Source of the DNA: Candidatus Omnitrophota bacterium
Lineage (GTDB): Bacteria > Omnitrophota > Gorgyraeia > Duberdicusellales > 4484-171
Reading direction: 5' to 3'
Assembly: GCA_003565945.1 (NCBI GenBank)
Contig: PXAH01000133.1
Span: forward strand, 1-53,795
Length of the DNA stretch: 53,795 nucleotides
A program made the translations under genes and the position numbers. Below are positions 8,522-18,810 of this stretch, piece by piece (within the stretch, counting starts at the first letter, position 1; each line of letters opens with the position of its first letter). The notes below the pieces were generated by a model. That model made no database searches and was not told the DNA's origin. It worked only from the letters and a program-made list of their open reading frames with translations.

Positions 8522-10402
8522 CTAATAACGTTTTTCCAAAACTGCCTTAGGATAATAATGGCTCAGTATTTCTTTGTAAGTGTATCCGGAATCAGCCATA
8601 CCCATAGCACCTTCCTGACAAAGGCCGGAGCCGTGGCCAAAGCCAGCTCCCCAAAAAATGAGCATATTAGGCTGATTTAGGCCTTTCTTTTTTAATTCTA
8701 CCCGAAAAGCGCTGCTGCGCAAACGGTCAAAGTAATTCCTAATCCTAAGCCCGCTCTCTAAGGAAACTGTTTTTTGCTTCCAGAGAGCGTTAATTCTGCT
8801 GTAACGAAAACAGCCTTCTCTTTGCCGAGCATCAATGCCTTCAAAATCTTCTAAACCCAATCCAAAAACTAACTGAAAATCTTCAGAATCATAAATTCTT
8901 TGCCAACGAAAATTAGGCCTTCCAGAAGCGCAAAAGCTGTTAGGATAATCAACAAACCACATTTCCTTTCCGTAAGCGGAATAAGGAAGGCTTTCATCTT
9001 TTGAATCCGGCCCGGAAGCTAAATAATTTTTCTGGCCAAAAACATCGGCGGAAAGGCAGCCACCACAATTAGAATGATAAAATATCTCGGGAATTTCTCC
9101 CTCGTAGGTGACAACCTCTCCTCTGGTAGCATCTACCGCGTTTATAGTTGTTTTGGTTTCAGCTGACATTCCATGATAAACCTGACAATGAATATCCGCG
9201 CAAAAATCAAAACCTTCCCCTTGATGCCTGCCCCTCCCGCGTAAAACTAAACTTCGAGCTAAGATAGCCTGAGCCCTTAAGGCTTCCTTGCCGGAACGGG
9301 GAGGAATTTCTGCCGCCAGCACTCCGTAAAGATACTCCTCAACACTTAGAATATTTACCAAGACAATCTGCCCATCTTTCAAGAAAGCTTTAAGGCTTCC
9401 TCGATACCCTCTATCGATAACTGTATGCCAAAAATCCTTTCTCCCATAAACCACATCTAAGACATAAAAAGGATGAACCCGTTTGCCGCTTTTCAGCGGG
9501 ATAATTTCGGCCTCAGATGAAAAACTACTATACTTTTGGCCGCTTTCCCTATCCAACAAGAAAAGTTCTCCGCCTTTAGCCTTTAGAGTGTAAAAAGTAT
9601 TGCTGTCAGCTTGGTAAGAAGAATCACCGCTTCTGATCTGAAAATTACTTGAGGACCGAAAAGAAAAACGGTCAAGCCCAAAAGCAATGCCGATACGTAC
9701 CAAAGGCGCCTCTTTTTCTTCTTTGTAAGAAGACAAAGCTACCTCTCTTCTTCTTTTTTCCCGCAGCCGCCTTTGTTCAACAAAAAAATCTTTACCTAAC
9801 GCGTCTCTTGCTTTCTCAAGCTGTTTTCTTGCTTCTTTGCTATGAGGGTAAAAGTTTACAGTTCTGGATAAATACCTATACGCTTCTTCAGCCCGGCCTA
9901 GCTCATTAAAAGACTGCCCTAAATAGTAGTGAGCTATCCTTATGCTAGAGTCATAGTTAGTCAACTCCCGAAAGAAAGCTACAGCTTGCGTCCAATCTTT
10001 TTTCTGGCGGTATATTTTTCCTAAACGCATTAAAGCCGGGCTATTTTTTCGCAGATTCAAAGAACTTTGATAAGCGTTTACAGCTTTTTCGATATAACCC
10101 AAATCTTCAGCGGATAAACCCAAATACAAATAATCACGCCAGTCTTTCTCCGCGATAGAATAAATCAGCTTAAAAGCCTTATCACTTTCTCCGGATAAAT
10201 AAAAAAGCCTGGCTAAATAGCTTACTACCAAAGGATCATCTTGGCGGCCTGAGCGCTCTAAAACCTCTATAGCCTGCTGGTACTGAAATAACTCCTTCAA
10301 AGCAGCTGCCTGGCTTAAAAAATCTTTTTCACCCGAATCACTCTTTAAAAAGGCAGCCGCAGAAAAGAAAAATAAACATAATATAATAATTAACCGCTTC
10401 AT
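8522..10402 (-). CDS. Secreted TPR-repeat / SpoIID-LytB domain fusion protein
   Basis: Signal peptide MKRLIIILCLFFFSAAAF. The N-terminal roughly 200 aa are TPR-like. The C-terminal part has SpoIID motifs: EEYLYGVLAAEIP, ALRAQAILARS, FCADIHCQVY, YHSNCGG, CQEGAMGMA. Confidence 0.85.
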   Translation of the reverse strand: MKRLIIILCLFFFSAAAFLKSDSGEKDFLSQAAALKELFQYQQAIEVLERSGRQDDPLVVSYLARLFYLSGESDKAFKLIYSIAEKDWRDYLYLGLSAEDLGYIEKAVNAYQSSLNLRKNSPALMRLGKIYRQKKDWTQAVAFFRELTNYDSSIRIAHYYLGQSFNELGRAEEAYRYLSRTVNFYPHSKEARKQLEKARDALGKDFFVEQRRLREKRRREVALSSYKEEKEAPLVRIGIAFGLDRFSFRSSSNFQIRSGDSSYQADSNTFYTLKAKGGELFLLDRESGQKYSSFSSEAEIIPLKSGKRVHPFYVLDVVYGRKDFWHTVIDRGYRGSLKAFLKDGQIVLVNILSVEEYLYGVLAAEIPPRSGKEALRAQAILARSLVLRGRGRHQGEGFDFCADIHCQVYHGMSAETKTTINAVDATRGEVVTYEGEIPEIFYHSNCGGCLSADVFGQKNYLASGPDSKDESLPYSAYGKEMWFVDYPNSFCASGRPNFRWQRIYDSEDFQLVFGLGLEDFEGIDARQREGCFRYSRINALWKQKTVSLESGLRIRNYFDRLRSSAFRVELKKKGLNQPNMLIFWGAGFGHGSGLCQEGAMGMADSGYTYKEILSHYYPKAVLEKRY

Positions 10403-10435
10403 ATTTTTATTTTAAAACTAAATTTAAGCCGTTTC

Positions 10436-11239
10436 TTAAGCGCCAATTACGGGGATTCTCCAATTCCGGCTTAAATCCAAAAATTTATCTTTCTCAAGGA
10501 CTATAGTTTTACCACTCTGCAGGACTAAGAAAGAGGCCCGTATTTTTCTTAGTAGTTTTAAGGTGGAAATACCAACAACCGGAACATCAAACCTTAAATC
10601 TTGCCCGGACTTGGCAAATTTAATAACCCCGGCGCCATAACCGGATAACCGAAATCCCCTTTTAATGGTGTTGTCGGTTCCCTCTAACGATTCTGAAGCC
10701 ACAACCGCCTTATTCTTGACTACCAAAGTCTGGCCGATATCTAACTCAACAAATTTAGATATTTTACTCACACCAAATTCCAAATCTTGCTTTACCGGCT
10801 CCGGCAAACAAAGGTTATTCATCAAGCCACCTTCAGCTAAATCATTTTTTAGATAAAGCGTAGAGTTAATAAATTTCACACCTTCCTTTTCTAGATAATC
10901 AATGACTGCCCTGAAAATATTATGAGGGCAAAAATTAACTCCTTCTCCGGCTAATTGCTTAAACTCATTATCCCACTTTTTTTTCTTAAAAATACTCAAA
11001 GGGTTAATCTGGCCGGCCATAATCCAATCCTTGATCCCTTCTTTTTTGATTGCTTCTCTCAGCATACCTAGTTTCCCCACTTCAACCCAAATCGCTTTAT
11101 TGACAAATCGGGAAAAATGGCGCGAAGTTTCACCACGAAAACAAACCCCGGTAACTTTTTTAAATTGATTGTTTTGACTGAGCCTTTTGGCTAGAAGTAT
11201 AGGAAGGTTTCTGTTTCCAGCAATAATGCCTATTTTCAT
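10436..11239 (-). CDS. lpxI: UDP-2,3-diacylglucosamine pyrophosphatase LpxI (DUF1009)
   Basis: MKIGIIAGNRNLPILLA N-terminus, plus DIGQTLVV...ESLEGTDNTIKRG and QDLRFDVPVVG motifs typical of LpxI. It lies next to lpxA. Confidence 0.8.
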   Translation of the reverse strand: MKIGIIAGNRNLPILLAKRLSQNNQFKKVTGVCFRGETSRHFSRFVNKAIWVEVGKLGMLREAIKKEGIKDWIMAGQINPLSIFKKKKWDNEFKQLAGEGVNFCPHNIFRAVIDYLEKEGVKFINSTLYLKNDLAEGGLMNNLCLPEPVKQDLEFGVSKISKFVELDIGQTLVVKNKAVVASESLEGTDNTIKRGFRLSGYGAGVIKFAKSGQDLRFDVPVVGISTLKLLRKIRASFLVLQSGKTIVLEKDKFLDLSRNWRIPVIGA

Positions 11240-11253
11240 TTTAATGAGACTTG

Positions 11254-11347
11254 CCCTTGACAGGCAATATATTGCCTGTCAAGGGCTTAGTCGAATTAAC
11301 CCCACACCAATTGAGTAAATAACGCAACCACTACAATTGGTGTGGGG
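11254..11347. repeat. Modular palindromic intergenic element, copy b (P1 11254-11285, linker, P2 11300-11347)
   Basis: P1 is CCCTTGACAGGCAATATATTGCCTGTCAAGGG, a perfect 14-bp stem. P2 is CCCCACACCAATTG...CAATTGGTGTGGGG. P2 and its flank are about 90 percent identical by eye to 21910-21977. Confidence 0.8.
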
Positions 11348-11353
11348 GCGGAT

Positions 11354-12139
11354 TCAGTTCTTCATCCGGCTCACGCCTCTTTTGGAAGATGTCAGAAAAT
11401 CAAGTAATGTTTTGACCTGTTCTGATAAATTAACTGATTCAGCTACAATTTTTTTTGCCTGCCCAAAGGTATGGTTACTAAAAAAAAGTATTCTAAAAGC
11501 TTTTCTTAAGTCACCCACTACCTCAGGTGAAAAATGCTTTCGTTTTAATCCCAATGAATTCAAAGCCCTGACTACAGCTGGATGCCCATCACACATCGAA
11601 TACGGAGGTATATCTTTTACCACCTTTGAACAACCCCCAACGATAGAATAGTCCCCCAACCGGCAAAACTGGTGCACTGCTGTAACCCCGCCTATCACCG
11701 CGTTGTTACCAACCTCAACATGCCCGGCCAAAGTGGCATTATTAGCTAAAACATTATTATTGCCAATAACACAATCGTGGGCTATATGAGAATACGCCAT
11801 GATTAAATTATTATTGCCAATTATAGTTTTGGTGCCTTCCTCAGTGCCGGGATTTATAGTAACAAATTCTCTGATCCGGTTGTTGTTGCCGATGACCAGA
11901 TAACTCTTATCTCCTTTATATTTTAGATCTTGAGGAATGCTGCCTACAACCGCCTGAGAAAAAATATGGCAATCAGAGCCAACTTTTGTAAAGCCTAGAA
12001 CTTGAGCGAAGGCCTCAACTACCGTACCCTCTCCAATCTCAGCATCTTCTGAGATGATAGCATAAGGGCCAATTTTCACTCCTTCGGCTATCTTTGCCGA
12101 AGAACCCACTATAGCTCTTGAATCAATATTTTTTTTCAT
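11354..12139 (-). CDS. lpxA: Acyl-ACP--UDP-N-acetylglucosamine O-acyltransferase
   Basis: 261 aa. Left-handed beta-helix hexapeptide repeats, a C-terminal helical domain, and a position within the lpx cluster. Confidence 0.9.
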   Translation of the reverse strand: MKKNIDSRAIVGSSAKIAEGVKIGPYAIISEDAEIGEGTVVEAFAQVLGFTKVGSDCHIFSQAVVGSIPQDLKYKGDKSYLVIGNNNRIREFVTINPGTEEGTKTIIGNNNLIMAYSHIAHDCVIGNNNVLANNATLAGHVEVGNNAVIGGVTAVHQFCRLGDYSIVGGCSKVVKDIPPYSMCDGHPAVVRALNSLGLKRKHFSPEVVGDLRKAFRILFFSNHTFGQAKKIVAESVNLSEQVKTLLDFLTSSKRGVSRMKN

Positions 12140-12169
12140 TGATGCTCAAACAAAAACTCCTAAAAGAAA

Positions 12170-13477
12170 TCAAATCAATGAAAACATAAGCTCCGCTTCA
12201 GCCACTACCTTATCATTGACTTTAACGGTGCCCGCGACTTTACCGGTTCGACTGCGAATTTTAAGTGTTTTTACCTCTAAAATTAATTGGTCGCCAGGCA
12301 AAACAGTTTTTCTGAATTTAACTTTTTCGGCTGCCATAAAATAAGCTAATTTACCACTATGCTCAGGGCAAGCAAGCATTAAAACCCCTCCCACCTGTGC
12401 CATTGCTTCAACCAAAAGAACTCCCGGCATAACTGGCTTACCGGGAAAATGGCCCTGAAAAAAATGCTCGTTGATAGTTACATTTTTAATACCTACAGCT
12501 CTTTTACCTTTCTCCAGGTCAATAATTCTATCTACCAACAAGAAAGGATAGCGATGAGGTAATATTTTCATTATTTCCTCAGCATCAAGCTCACCTTCCC
12601 CGGGTATATAACTGGCTACCGAAGCTACCCCGGCACTTTTTGCCTTTTCTTTATGCCTGCGTATTTTTTCCAATAATTTAATGTTTAAGGAGTGGCCGCT
12701 TTTTATGGCCACAATATGCGCTTTTAAAGGCCCGGCTAGATAAAGATCACCAACCAAATCCAAAGCTTTATGTTTGGTAAATTCTTCAGAAACCCTTAAT
12801 TTATTATTTACTACGCCCTTCTCTGAAACCACTAAAGTGTTTTTATAGTCAGCGCCTTTGCCCAGGCCCATTTTTAACAAACCGTCTACTTCATTTTGCA
12901 GGCAAAAGGTTCTTGCCTGATAAAAGTCTTCTTTTTCTGACCCGTTTAAAACTATATCCACAAAACCAGACCCAATACTTGATTGGCCATAATCTAGGAG
13001 ATAGGAAATCCGAAACTTATCAGAAGGCAAAACTGCTACCGAAGCATCTCCCTCTTCAAGCCAAATTGAACTCTTTGGAGCAAAAATATCTTTAACTGCC
13101 TCCTGAGTAGCTATCTCCGCTTTTTTAATCTGATCAACAAACTCCTTAGCGCTTCCATCTAAACCGGGTATTTCACTCCCCCATATATTTATCTGAATAT
13201 TATCTATACCTAGAATCGATAAAGAGGCCATAAGATGTTCTACGGTTTGAATGTAGTTGTCGCCGGAACCAATAGATGTCCGGCGCGGAAACTTCTCAAG
13301 GCTTGCCAAAGAATAAGAATCTCCTTTAATTAAAACCGGCGGATTACTATCCTGCTTAATAAAAACAATACCGGTATTCACTGGCCCCGGTAAAAACTCA
13401 AGCCTTGCCTCTTCGCCGGTATGAAGACCTTTGCCTTGAAGTGAAAATTTATTTCTTATAGTTTTTTGCTTTTCCAT
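12170..13477 (-). CDS. lpxC-fabZ: Bifunctional LpxC deacetylase / FabZ dehydratase fusion
   Basis: 435 aa. The N-terminal roughly 280 aa are LpxC-like (QKTI...GKGLHTGE...TVEHLMA...GHSLN). The C-terminal roughly 145 aa are FabZ ([13 protein letters not shown]...[22 protein letters not shown]). Confidence 0.92.
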   Translation of the reverse strand: MEKQKTIRNKFSLQGKGLHTGEEARLEFLPGPVNTGIVFIKQDSNPPVLIKGDSYSLASLEKFPRRTSIGSGDNYIQTVEHLMASLSILGIDNIQINIWGSEIPGLDGSAKEFVDQIKKAEIATQEAVKDIFAPKSSIWLEEGDASVAVLPSDKFRISYLLDYGQSSIGSGFVDIVLNGSEKEDFYQARTFCLQNEVDGLLKMGLGKGADYKNTLVVSEKGVVNNKLRVSEEFTKHKALDLVGDLYLAGPLKAHIVAIKSGHSLNIKLLEKIRRHKEKAKSAGVASVASYIPGEGELDAEEIMKILPHRYPFLLVDRIIDLEKGKRAVGIKNVTINEHFFQGHFPGKPVMPGVLLVEAMAQVGGVLMLACPEHSGKLAYFMAAEKVKFRKTVLPGDQLILEVKTLKIRSRTGKVAGTVKVNDKVVAEAELMFSLI

Positions 13478-13481
13478 AATT

Positions 13482-14510
13482 CTACTTTTCCTTTTCTTCT
13501 AATTTTTTTATTTTAGTTTCGAGCTCTTTTATTTTTTTAGCCAATTCCGGTAACCGCTGGAGACAGGCATTAACTCTAGCGGCCTTTTCGTGTGGCTTAG
13601 CAGGATACCCGGAAACTTTTACCCGGGGCGGAACAGATTTAGTTACTCCGGCTTGAGCGGCAACAATAGCTTCCTTGCCAATCTTAATATGGCCGACAAT
13701 ACCAGCTTGTCCGGCTAAAATAACCCCATCCTCGACTACTGTACTGCCGGATATACCAACTTGTGCTACAACTATACAATCTTTGCCTATCTGAACATTA
13801 TGAGCTATTTGCACTAAGTTATCAATTTTAGTTCCTTCTCCAATCACTGTTTGGCTAAAGCGAGCCCTATCTATGGTAACGTTGGCGCCTATCTCAACAT
13901 TATCCTCAATAACAACTATTCCTACCTGAGGAATTTTTTCCTGAGAACCTCCTACACCGGCAAAACCAAAACCATCACTTCCAATCACAGCACCCGAATG
14001 AATGATTACATTATCGCCGACTTTTGTTCCTTCCCTGACTGTCGCGTTAGGGTAAATCAAACAATTCCTGCCTATTTTTACACCCTGCCCGATAAAACAA
14101 CCGGAATAAACAACAGAACCCTCTCCCAACTGAGCACCTTCTTCGATAACAGCATAAGCCCCGACTGAAACAGACGGAAAAAGTTTTGCTCCTTTATCGA
14201 TAAATGAATCAGGGCAAATTCCTTTTGGGTGCTTAACTTTTTGACCGGCAACTAAACCTACCGCCTTAGCAAAAGCCAAAGAAGGATTGTCAGCCTTAAT
14301 CAGGGGCTTTTGGGAAAAAAAATCATGAGAAGCGATTATTGCCGAAGCTTTTGTTACCTCCACCAAAGAAGCATATCTGGGATTAGCTAAAAAAGTTATA
14401 TCACCTTCAGCAGCTTCCTTGATTCCGGCTATTCCGGTAATTATAGTATCAGGGTCCCCCACCAGCTTGCCGCCAACCGCTTGACATATTTCTGATAACT
14501 TATATTTCAT
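13482..14510 (-). CDS. lpxD: UDP-3-O-acylglucosamine N-acyltransferase
   Basis: 342 aa. The N-terminus [15 protein letters not shown]...ITGIAG is typical of LpxD, followed by a long hexapeptide-repeat domain. Confidence 0.92.
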   Translation of the reverse strand: MKYKLSEICQAVGGKLVGDPDTIITGIAGIKEAAEGDITFLANPRYASLVEVTKASAIIASHDFFSQKPLIKADNPSLAFAKAVGLVAGQKVKHPKGICPDSFIDKGAKLFPSVSVGAYAVIEEGAQLGEGSVVYSGCFIGQGVKIGRNCLIYPNATVREGTKVGDNVIIHSGAVIGSDGFGFAGVGGSQEKIPQVGIVVIEDNVEIGANVTIDRARFSQTVIGEGTKIDNLVQIAHNVQIGKDCIVVAQVGISGSTVVEDGVILAGQAGIVGHIKIGKEAIVAAQAGVTKSVPPRVKVSGYPAKPHEKAARVNACLQRLPELAKKIKELETKIKKLEEKEK

Positions 14511-15025
14511 CTCCGTCTTCTTCTTCCGTAGGCCTGATTGATAATTTTAAGGATTTCATCGGTTAAGTCTTTATTGTCAGGCGCATACAAAACGCTGTTA
14601 CCGTTAACTATTAAATCATAATTATTTTTTTGAGCGTAGTCTTTTATCGCCTGATCAATGTCTTCCACTATATCCCGCATCATCTGGTCTCTTTTTTCCT
14701 GAACACCTTCAAGTTCTTTTTGACGTAAGTCTCTGTATTGGTGCATCTTCGCCTGTAATTTTTTTATTTCTTCCTCTCGCTGGTCTTCCCTTAATACCTC
14801 TAGCTTGCCTTGAGCATCCCTTATTTCTTTTTCCTTAGCTTGTAAAATTTTAGTCACTTCTTCTTTTTTTGTCTCTAGCTGCTCCTCTTGGTCCTTGGTG
14901 CGCTGATATTCATTGAATACCTCAATAGTGTTAACATAGCCTATTTTGAGTTCAGCGGCAAAGCCGGAAATACCTAAACCTGAAAAGAAAAATAAACCCA
15001 AACTAATAATTAAAATCTTCTTCAT
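14507..15025 (-). CDS. skp: Periplasmic chaperone Skp/OmpH
   Basis: 172 aa. Signal peptide, then a charged coiled-coil region rich in E, K and Q. It lies between bamA and lpxD as in most diderms. Confidence 0.85.
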   Translation of the reverse strand: MKKILIISLGLFFFSGLGISGFAAELKIGYVNTIEVFNEYQRTKDQEEQLETKKEEVTKILQAKEKEIRDAQGKLEVLREDQREEEIKKLQAKMHQYRDLRQKELEGVQEKRDQMMRDIVEDIDQAIKDYAQKNNYDLIVNGNSVLYAPDNKDLTDEILKIINQAYGRRRRR

Positions 15026-15146
15026 CTTTAAACCTCCCCATTCAGTTGTTAATCGTTTCTTATTCGGAACCTGAAACTTATTGTTAAGAGCTATTAGGAG
15101 AACTTAGTGGTCGCTAATCTATTTTGTAGGTTTTGCAGCGGCCTCT

Positions 15147-17438
15147 TTAAAAATCTCTACTTACGTTAAAATGGAATCTACCACTTTTACTTGTTTCTCC
15201 CGGCTCAACATCAAGCGGCCAGCCGTAATCTACGCTTATCGGGCCAATCGGAGTCCTGACCCTCAAACCCATGCCAACACTCGAATAGAAATCTTTCCTA
15301 TCTTCTTCTGTCCTAAAAAAATTACTGCTTTTCTCCCATGCATTGCCGATATCATAAAAAGCGGCAACTTTTAAAAAATCAGCTAAAGGGTAAGTATATT
15401 CTAAGTTAGCAACAAATAAAGCTTCACCGCCAAGAGGGTCATTTCTTTCATCAACGGGCCCTACTTTTCTCTCCCGGTAACCTCTAACTGTGGCGGCGCC
15501 GCCGGCAAAAAACCTTTCATAAATAGGAACTCTTTTGGTTCCGGAAAAAGGATCGGCAAAGCCGGCCCTAAACCGGGTTTCTAAAACTGATTCATTAAAA
15601 AGAGGAAAATAAAGGCTCAAGCGGCTAAAAAATTTAGTAAAATCCTTATCTCCCCCTAAAAATGAACCGGTTAATTGAAAAGAGTTAGAAAAATAAATTC
15701 CTGAACTTGGCGCGAAAACCCTGTCGCGGCTATCGTAAACCAATGAAAGCTCAGCGCTACTTAAGTTATGCTCACCTTCCTCATCTTTTATTGGTTGGCT
15801 GGCATCTGCAACATCACTAATTTTTACATTGTCAAAGCGGTAAGCAACCCTGCCCCTAATCCTATCAGTAAGCCTTTTACCTAAACGCAAAGTCCCGCCG
15901 GTTACCCTTTCTGAATAAGCGTAGCCAGCGCTATCGTCTTTGTCGTGGCCTTTTCGATAAGCGTCAAAACCAAAAGATACCGGAACATCAAAAATCCAGG
16001 GATTGGTAAAACTTAATTGGTAACGGTCAGTAATAGTTCCCATGCTAGCTTTCAAAGATAAATCCTGGCCGGCTCCGGTGAAAGTCCTCCAGTTTTTATA
16101 ATCAAAATTCCTTTGGCGTAACTCAACGAAACCAATAAACTCATCAATAGAGCTGTAGCCGCCGCCGAAACTAAAATATCCTGTTTTCGCCTCTTGAACT
16201 TCTATTTCAAGGTTAACCTTATCTTTGTCCGTACCCGGCTCAGTACTAATTCTTATATCTTCAAAAAAACCTAAATTTTCTAAATTTCTGCGGCTTTCCC
16301 GAAGCCTTGCCCCGTCAAACCGCTCTGCCGGATAAACCTTTAATTCTCTTCTGATAACCCTGTCTTTAGTTTTTACATTACCTTTTATTCTTATCTCTTC
16401 GATATGAGCGATATGGCTTTCGGTAATATTGTAAGTTACATCAACTTTTCCGGTTTCCAAATTCAAAACGCTTACCGGATCTGCCTGGGCAAAAATATAG
16501 CCTCTATCCACATAGAGCTGCCTAATTTCAGACGCACCCTGATAAACTAAAAGTTCACTAAAAACATCATCTTCAGACAGCGAAAGGGCAGCGTAGATAT
16601 TTGCTTCGGAAATATCCCTGTTGCCTCTTACCTGTACTTCACCAACATAGTAACGACTTCCTTCATTAATTTTTATAGTTATATAAACTCCGTCTTTTCG
16701 GTATTCAACATCCGGCTCTACAGAAACGTCGGTAAATCCCTCTTGGCGGTAAAAACTACTTATCCTTCTTAAATCATCTTCAAATTCTCTTTCCCGGAAA
16801 ATACCCCGGTTAAATAACCAGGCCCGCCTGGTTCTCATTAGCTTTCTTATTCTGTTGTCAGAAAAATTTTCATTACCATCAACATCTACCGCCCTTACTT
16901 TAACTACAACATCTTCCTCTATGGTTATGGTTAGGTCTACTGCATCTTCATCTACAGTTTCTAGCTGATAATCAATTTTTGCCCGGGAAAATCCACGTTT
17001 ACTGTATAAATCTTCTATCTTATTGATTGACTGACGCAGCTTATATTCGTCAAAAAAACCACCCTCTTCCAAAATAATCTCTTCCAGAATCTGGCGCTCC
17101 CGAATACGCCTCTGCCCTTGTAAGGTTATTGAATTAATAAGCGGCTTTTCAGTGAGCCTGTAAATTAGGCGCATCCCTTCGAGGGTTTCTTCGGTTTCTA
17201 CTGCTACATCCTGGAAAAAACCTGTCTGATAAAGATTTTTTATGTCTTCGTTTACCGCCTGCTGGCTATACCGCTGCCCTACCCTAGAACGTATTTCAGA
17301 CATTACTTTTGAATCGCTTATCAAACTATTGCCCTCTATTTGAATTTGCACAACTGTATCCTGGGCCAGGGCCGGCAAAGATAAAACCAACAAAAACATT
17401 CCAAGAATCATAGCTATTTTTTTAATAAGAAAAAACAT
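15147..17438 (-). CDS. bamA: Outer membrane protein assembly factor BamA
   Basis: About 763 aa. Signal peptide, repeated POTRA-like units, and a C-terminal beta-barrel ending in F. The start is set at the ATG at 17438, which has AGGAG 6 nt upstream; the track start at 17444 is TTG. Confidence 0.92.
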   Translation of the reverse strand: MFFLIKKIAMILGMFLLVLSLPALAQDTVVQIQIEGNSLISDSKVMSEIRSRVGQRYSQQAVNEDIKNLYQTGFFQDVAVETEETLEGMRLIYRLTEKPLINSITLQGQRRIRERQILEEIILEEGGFFDEYKLRQSINKIEDLYSKRGFSRAKIDYQLETVDEDAVDLTITIEEDVVVKVRAVDVDGNENFSDNRIRKLMRTRRAWLFNRGIFREREFEDDLRRISSFYRQEGFTDVSVEPDVEYRKDGVYITIKINEGSRYYVGEVQVRGNRDISEANIYAALSLSEDDVFSELLVYQGASEIRQLYVDRGYIFAQADPVSVLNLETGKVDVTYNITESHIAHIEEIRIKGNVKTKDRVIRRELKVYPAERFDGARLRESRRNLENLGFFEDIRISTEPGTDKDKVNLEIEVQEAKTGYFSFGGGYSSIDEFIGFVELRQRNFDYKNWRTFTGAGQDLSLKASMGTITDRYQLSFTNPWIFDVPVSFGFDAYRKGHDKDDSAGYAYSERVTGGTLRLGKRLTDRIRGRVAYRFDNVKISDVADASQPIKDEEGEHNLSSAELSLVYDSRDRVFAPSSGIYFSNSFQLTGSFLGGDKDFTKFFSRLSLYFPLFNESVLETRFRAGFADPFSGTKRVPIYERFFAGGAATVRGYRERKVGPVDERNDPLGGEALFVANLEYTYPLADFLKVAAFYDIGNAWEKSSNFFRTEEDRKDFYSSVGMGLRVRTPIGPISVDYGWPLDVEPGETSKSGRFHFNVSRDF

Positions 17439-17453
17439 TATCAACTCCTGTTT

Positions 17454-18800
17454 TTATTCGTTTTTAGCTAAATCAGCAAATCGCATATATTCTTTTAAAA
17501 ATGCCAAATTTACACTGCCCACAGGGCCATTCCTTTGCTTGGCAATTATAACTTCGGCTATCCCCTGGTTTTCTTCGCTGGGACTATAGTATTCTTGACG
17601 AAAAAGAAGAGCAACTAAATCCGCGTCTTGCTCTATAGCTCCCGATTCCCTTAAGTCAGAAAGTTTTGGCCGATGCCCCTCTCGAGATTCAACCGCCCGG
17701 GAAAGCTGGCTAACGGCAATCAAAGGAACCTTCAGCTCTTTTGCTAAGGCTTTTAACCCTTGAGATATTTTCGATATTTCCTGCTGGCGGCTTTCAGTTC
17801 GGCCGGAACCCTGAATCAACTGAAGATAATCGACTAATATAAGCTGTATATCATGATGAGCTTTAAGCCTCCTAGCCTTAGCCCTTATTTCAAATATGTT
17901 CATTGCCGGAGTATCATCGATGTAAATCGGCGCCTCTGAAAGCGTTCCTGCCGCTGAAGTTAAAGACGGCCACTCTGAAGGTGAAAGAAAACCTGTCCTA
18001 ACTCTATTTACTTCAACTTTAGCTTCCGCGCAAAGAAAACGCTGCATAAGCTGTTCCTTGGACATTTCCAAGCTAAAGATAGCTACCGGTATATTCTTTT
18101 CGATAGCAGCGTAGCCGCTGATTGAGGTAACAAAAGCGCTTTTACCCATTGAAGGGCGCCCCGCAACTATAATCAAATCGCCCTTTTGGAAACCGGCAGT
18201 TTTTAAGTCAATATCTTTAAACCCGGTTGGGATTCCGGTTACATGTGACTTGCGGTGATAAAGAGACTCGATTAATTCTATGCCATCCTTGATGATATCT
18301 TTTATGTGAACGTATCCACCTTCGACTTTCCGATCGCTAATTTCAAAAATAAGCCGCTCGGCTTTATCCAGTAAAGAGTTGACATCTTCCTGAGCCCGAT
18401 AGCCTGAGGAAATAATTTCAGAAGCATTTTCAATTAAAGCCCGTAAGATGCCTTTTTCTTTTACGATACGAGCATAGTGAGTTCCGTTTGCCGAAGAGGG
18501 AACAAAATCAGCTAAGTTAGTGAGGTAGGTAGTACCTCCTGACTCTTCCAGCACCCCCTTTTTACGTAGTTGCTCTGAAACAGTAAGGATATCAACTTTA
18601 TTACGGGAATCATACAACCCAACAATTGCCTCAAAAATAATCTTATGTTCTTTTTTATAAAAAAAAGCTGAATCGGTAATTTCTAAAATTTCCGGGATAG
18701 CTCTTTCATTTAAAAGCATCGCCCCTAAGGTAGCCATTTCAGCTTCAAGGCTTTGAGGCGGAACTTTACTAATATCTTTCGGCGGATTCTGAATAGACAC
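17454..18800 (-). CDS. dnaB: Replicative DNA helicase DnaB
   Basis: 448 aa. PPQSLEAEMATLGAML N-terminus, Walker A GRPSMGKSAF, and the IAKQRNGP motif. No intein. Confidence 0.97.
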   Translation of the reverse strand: MSIQNPPKDISKVPPQSLEAEMATLGAMLLNERAIPEILEITDSAFFYKKEHKIIFEAIVGLYDSRNKVDILTVSEQLRKKGVLEESGGTTYLTNLADFVPSSANGTHYARIVKEKGILRALIENASEIISSGYRAQEDVNSLLDKAERLIFEISDRKVEGGYVHIKDIIKDGIELIESLYHRKSHVTGIPTGFKDIDLKTAGFQKGDLIIVAGRPSMGKSAFVTSISGYAAIEKNIPVAIFSLEMSKEQLMQRFLCAEAKVEVNRVRTGFLSPSEWPSLTSAAGTLSEAPIYIDDTPAMNIFEIRAKARRLKAHHDIQLILVDYLQLIQGSGRTESRQQEISKISQGLKALAKELKVPLIAVSQLSRAVESREGHRPKLSDLRESGAIEQDADLVALLFRQEYYSPSEENQGIAEVIIAKQRNGPVGSVNLAFLKEYMRFADLAKNE

Positions 18801-18810
18801 ACAACTCCCT

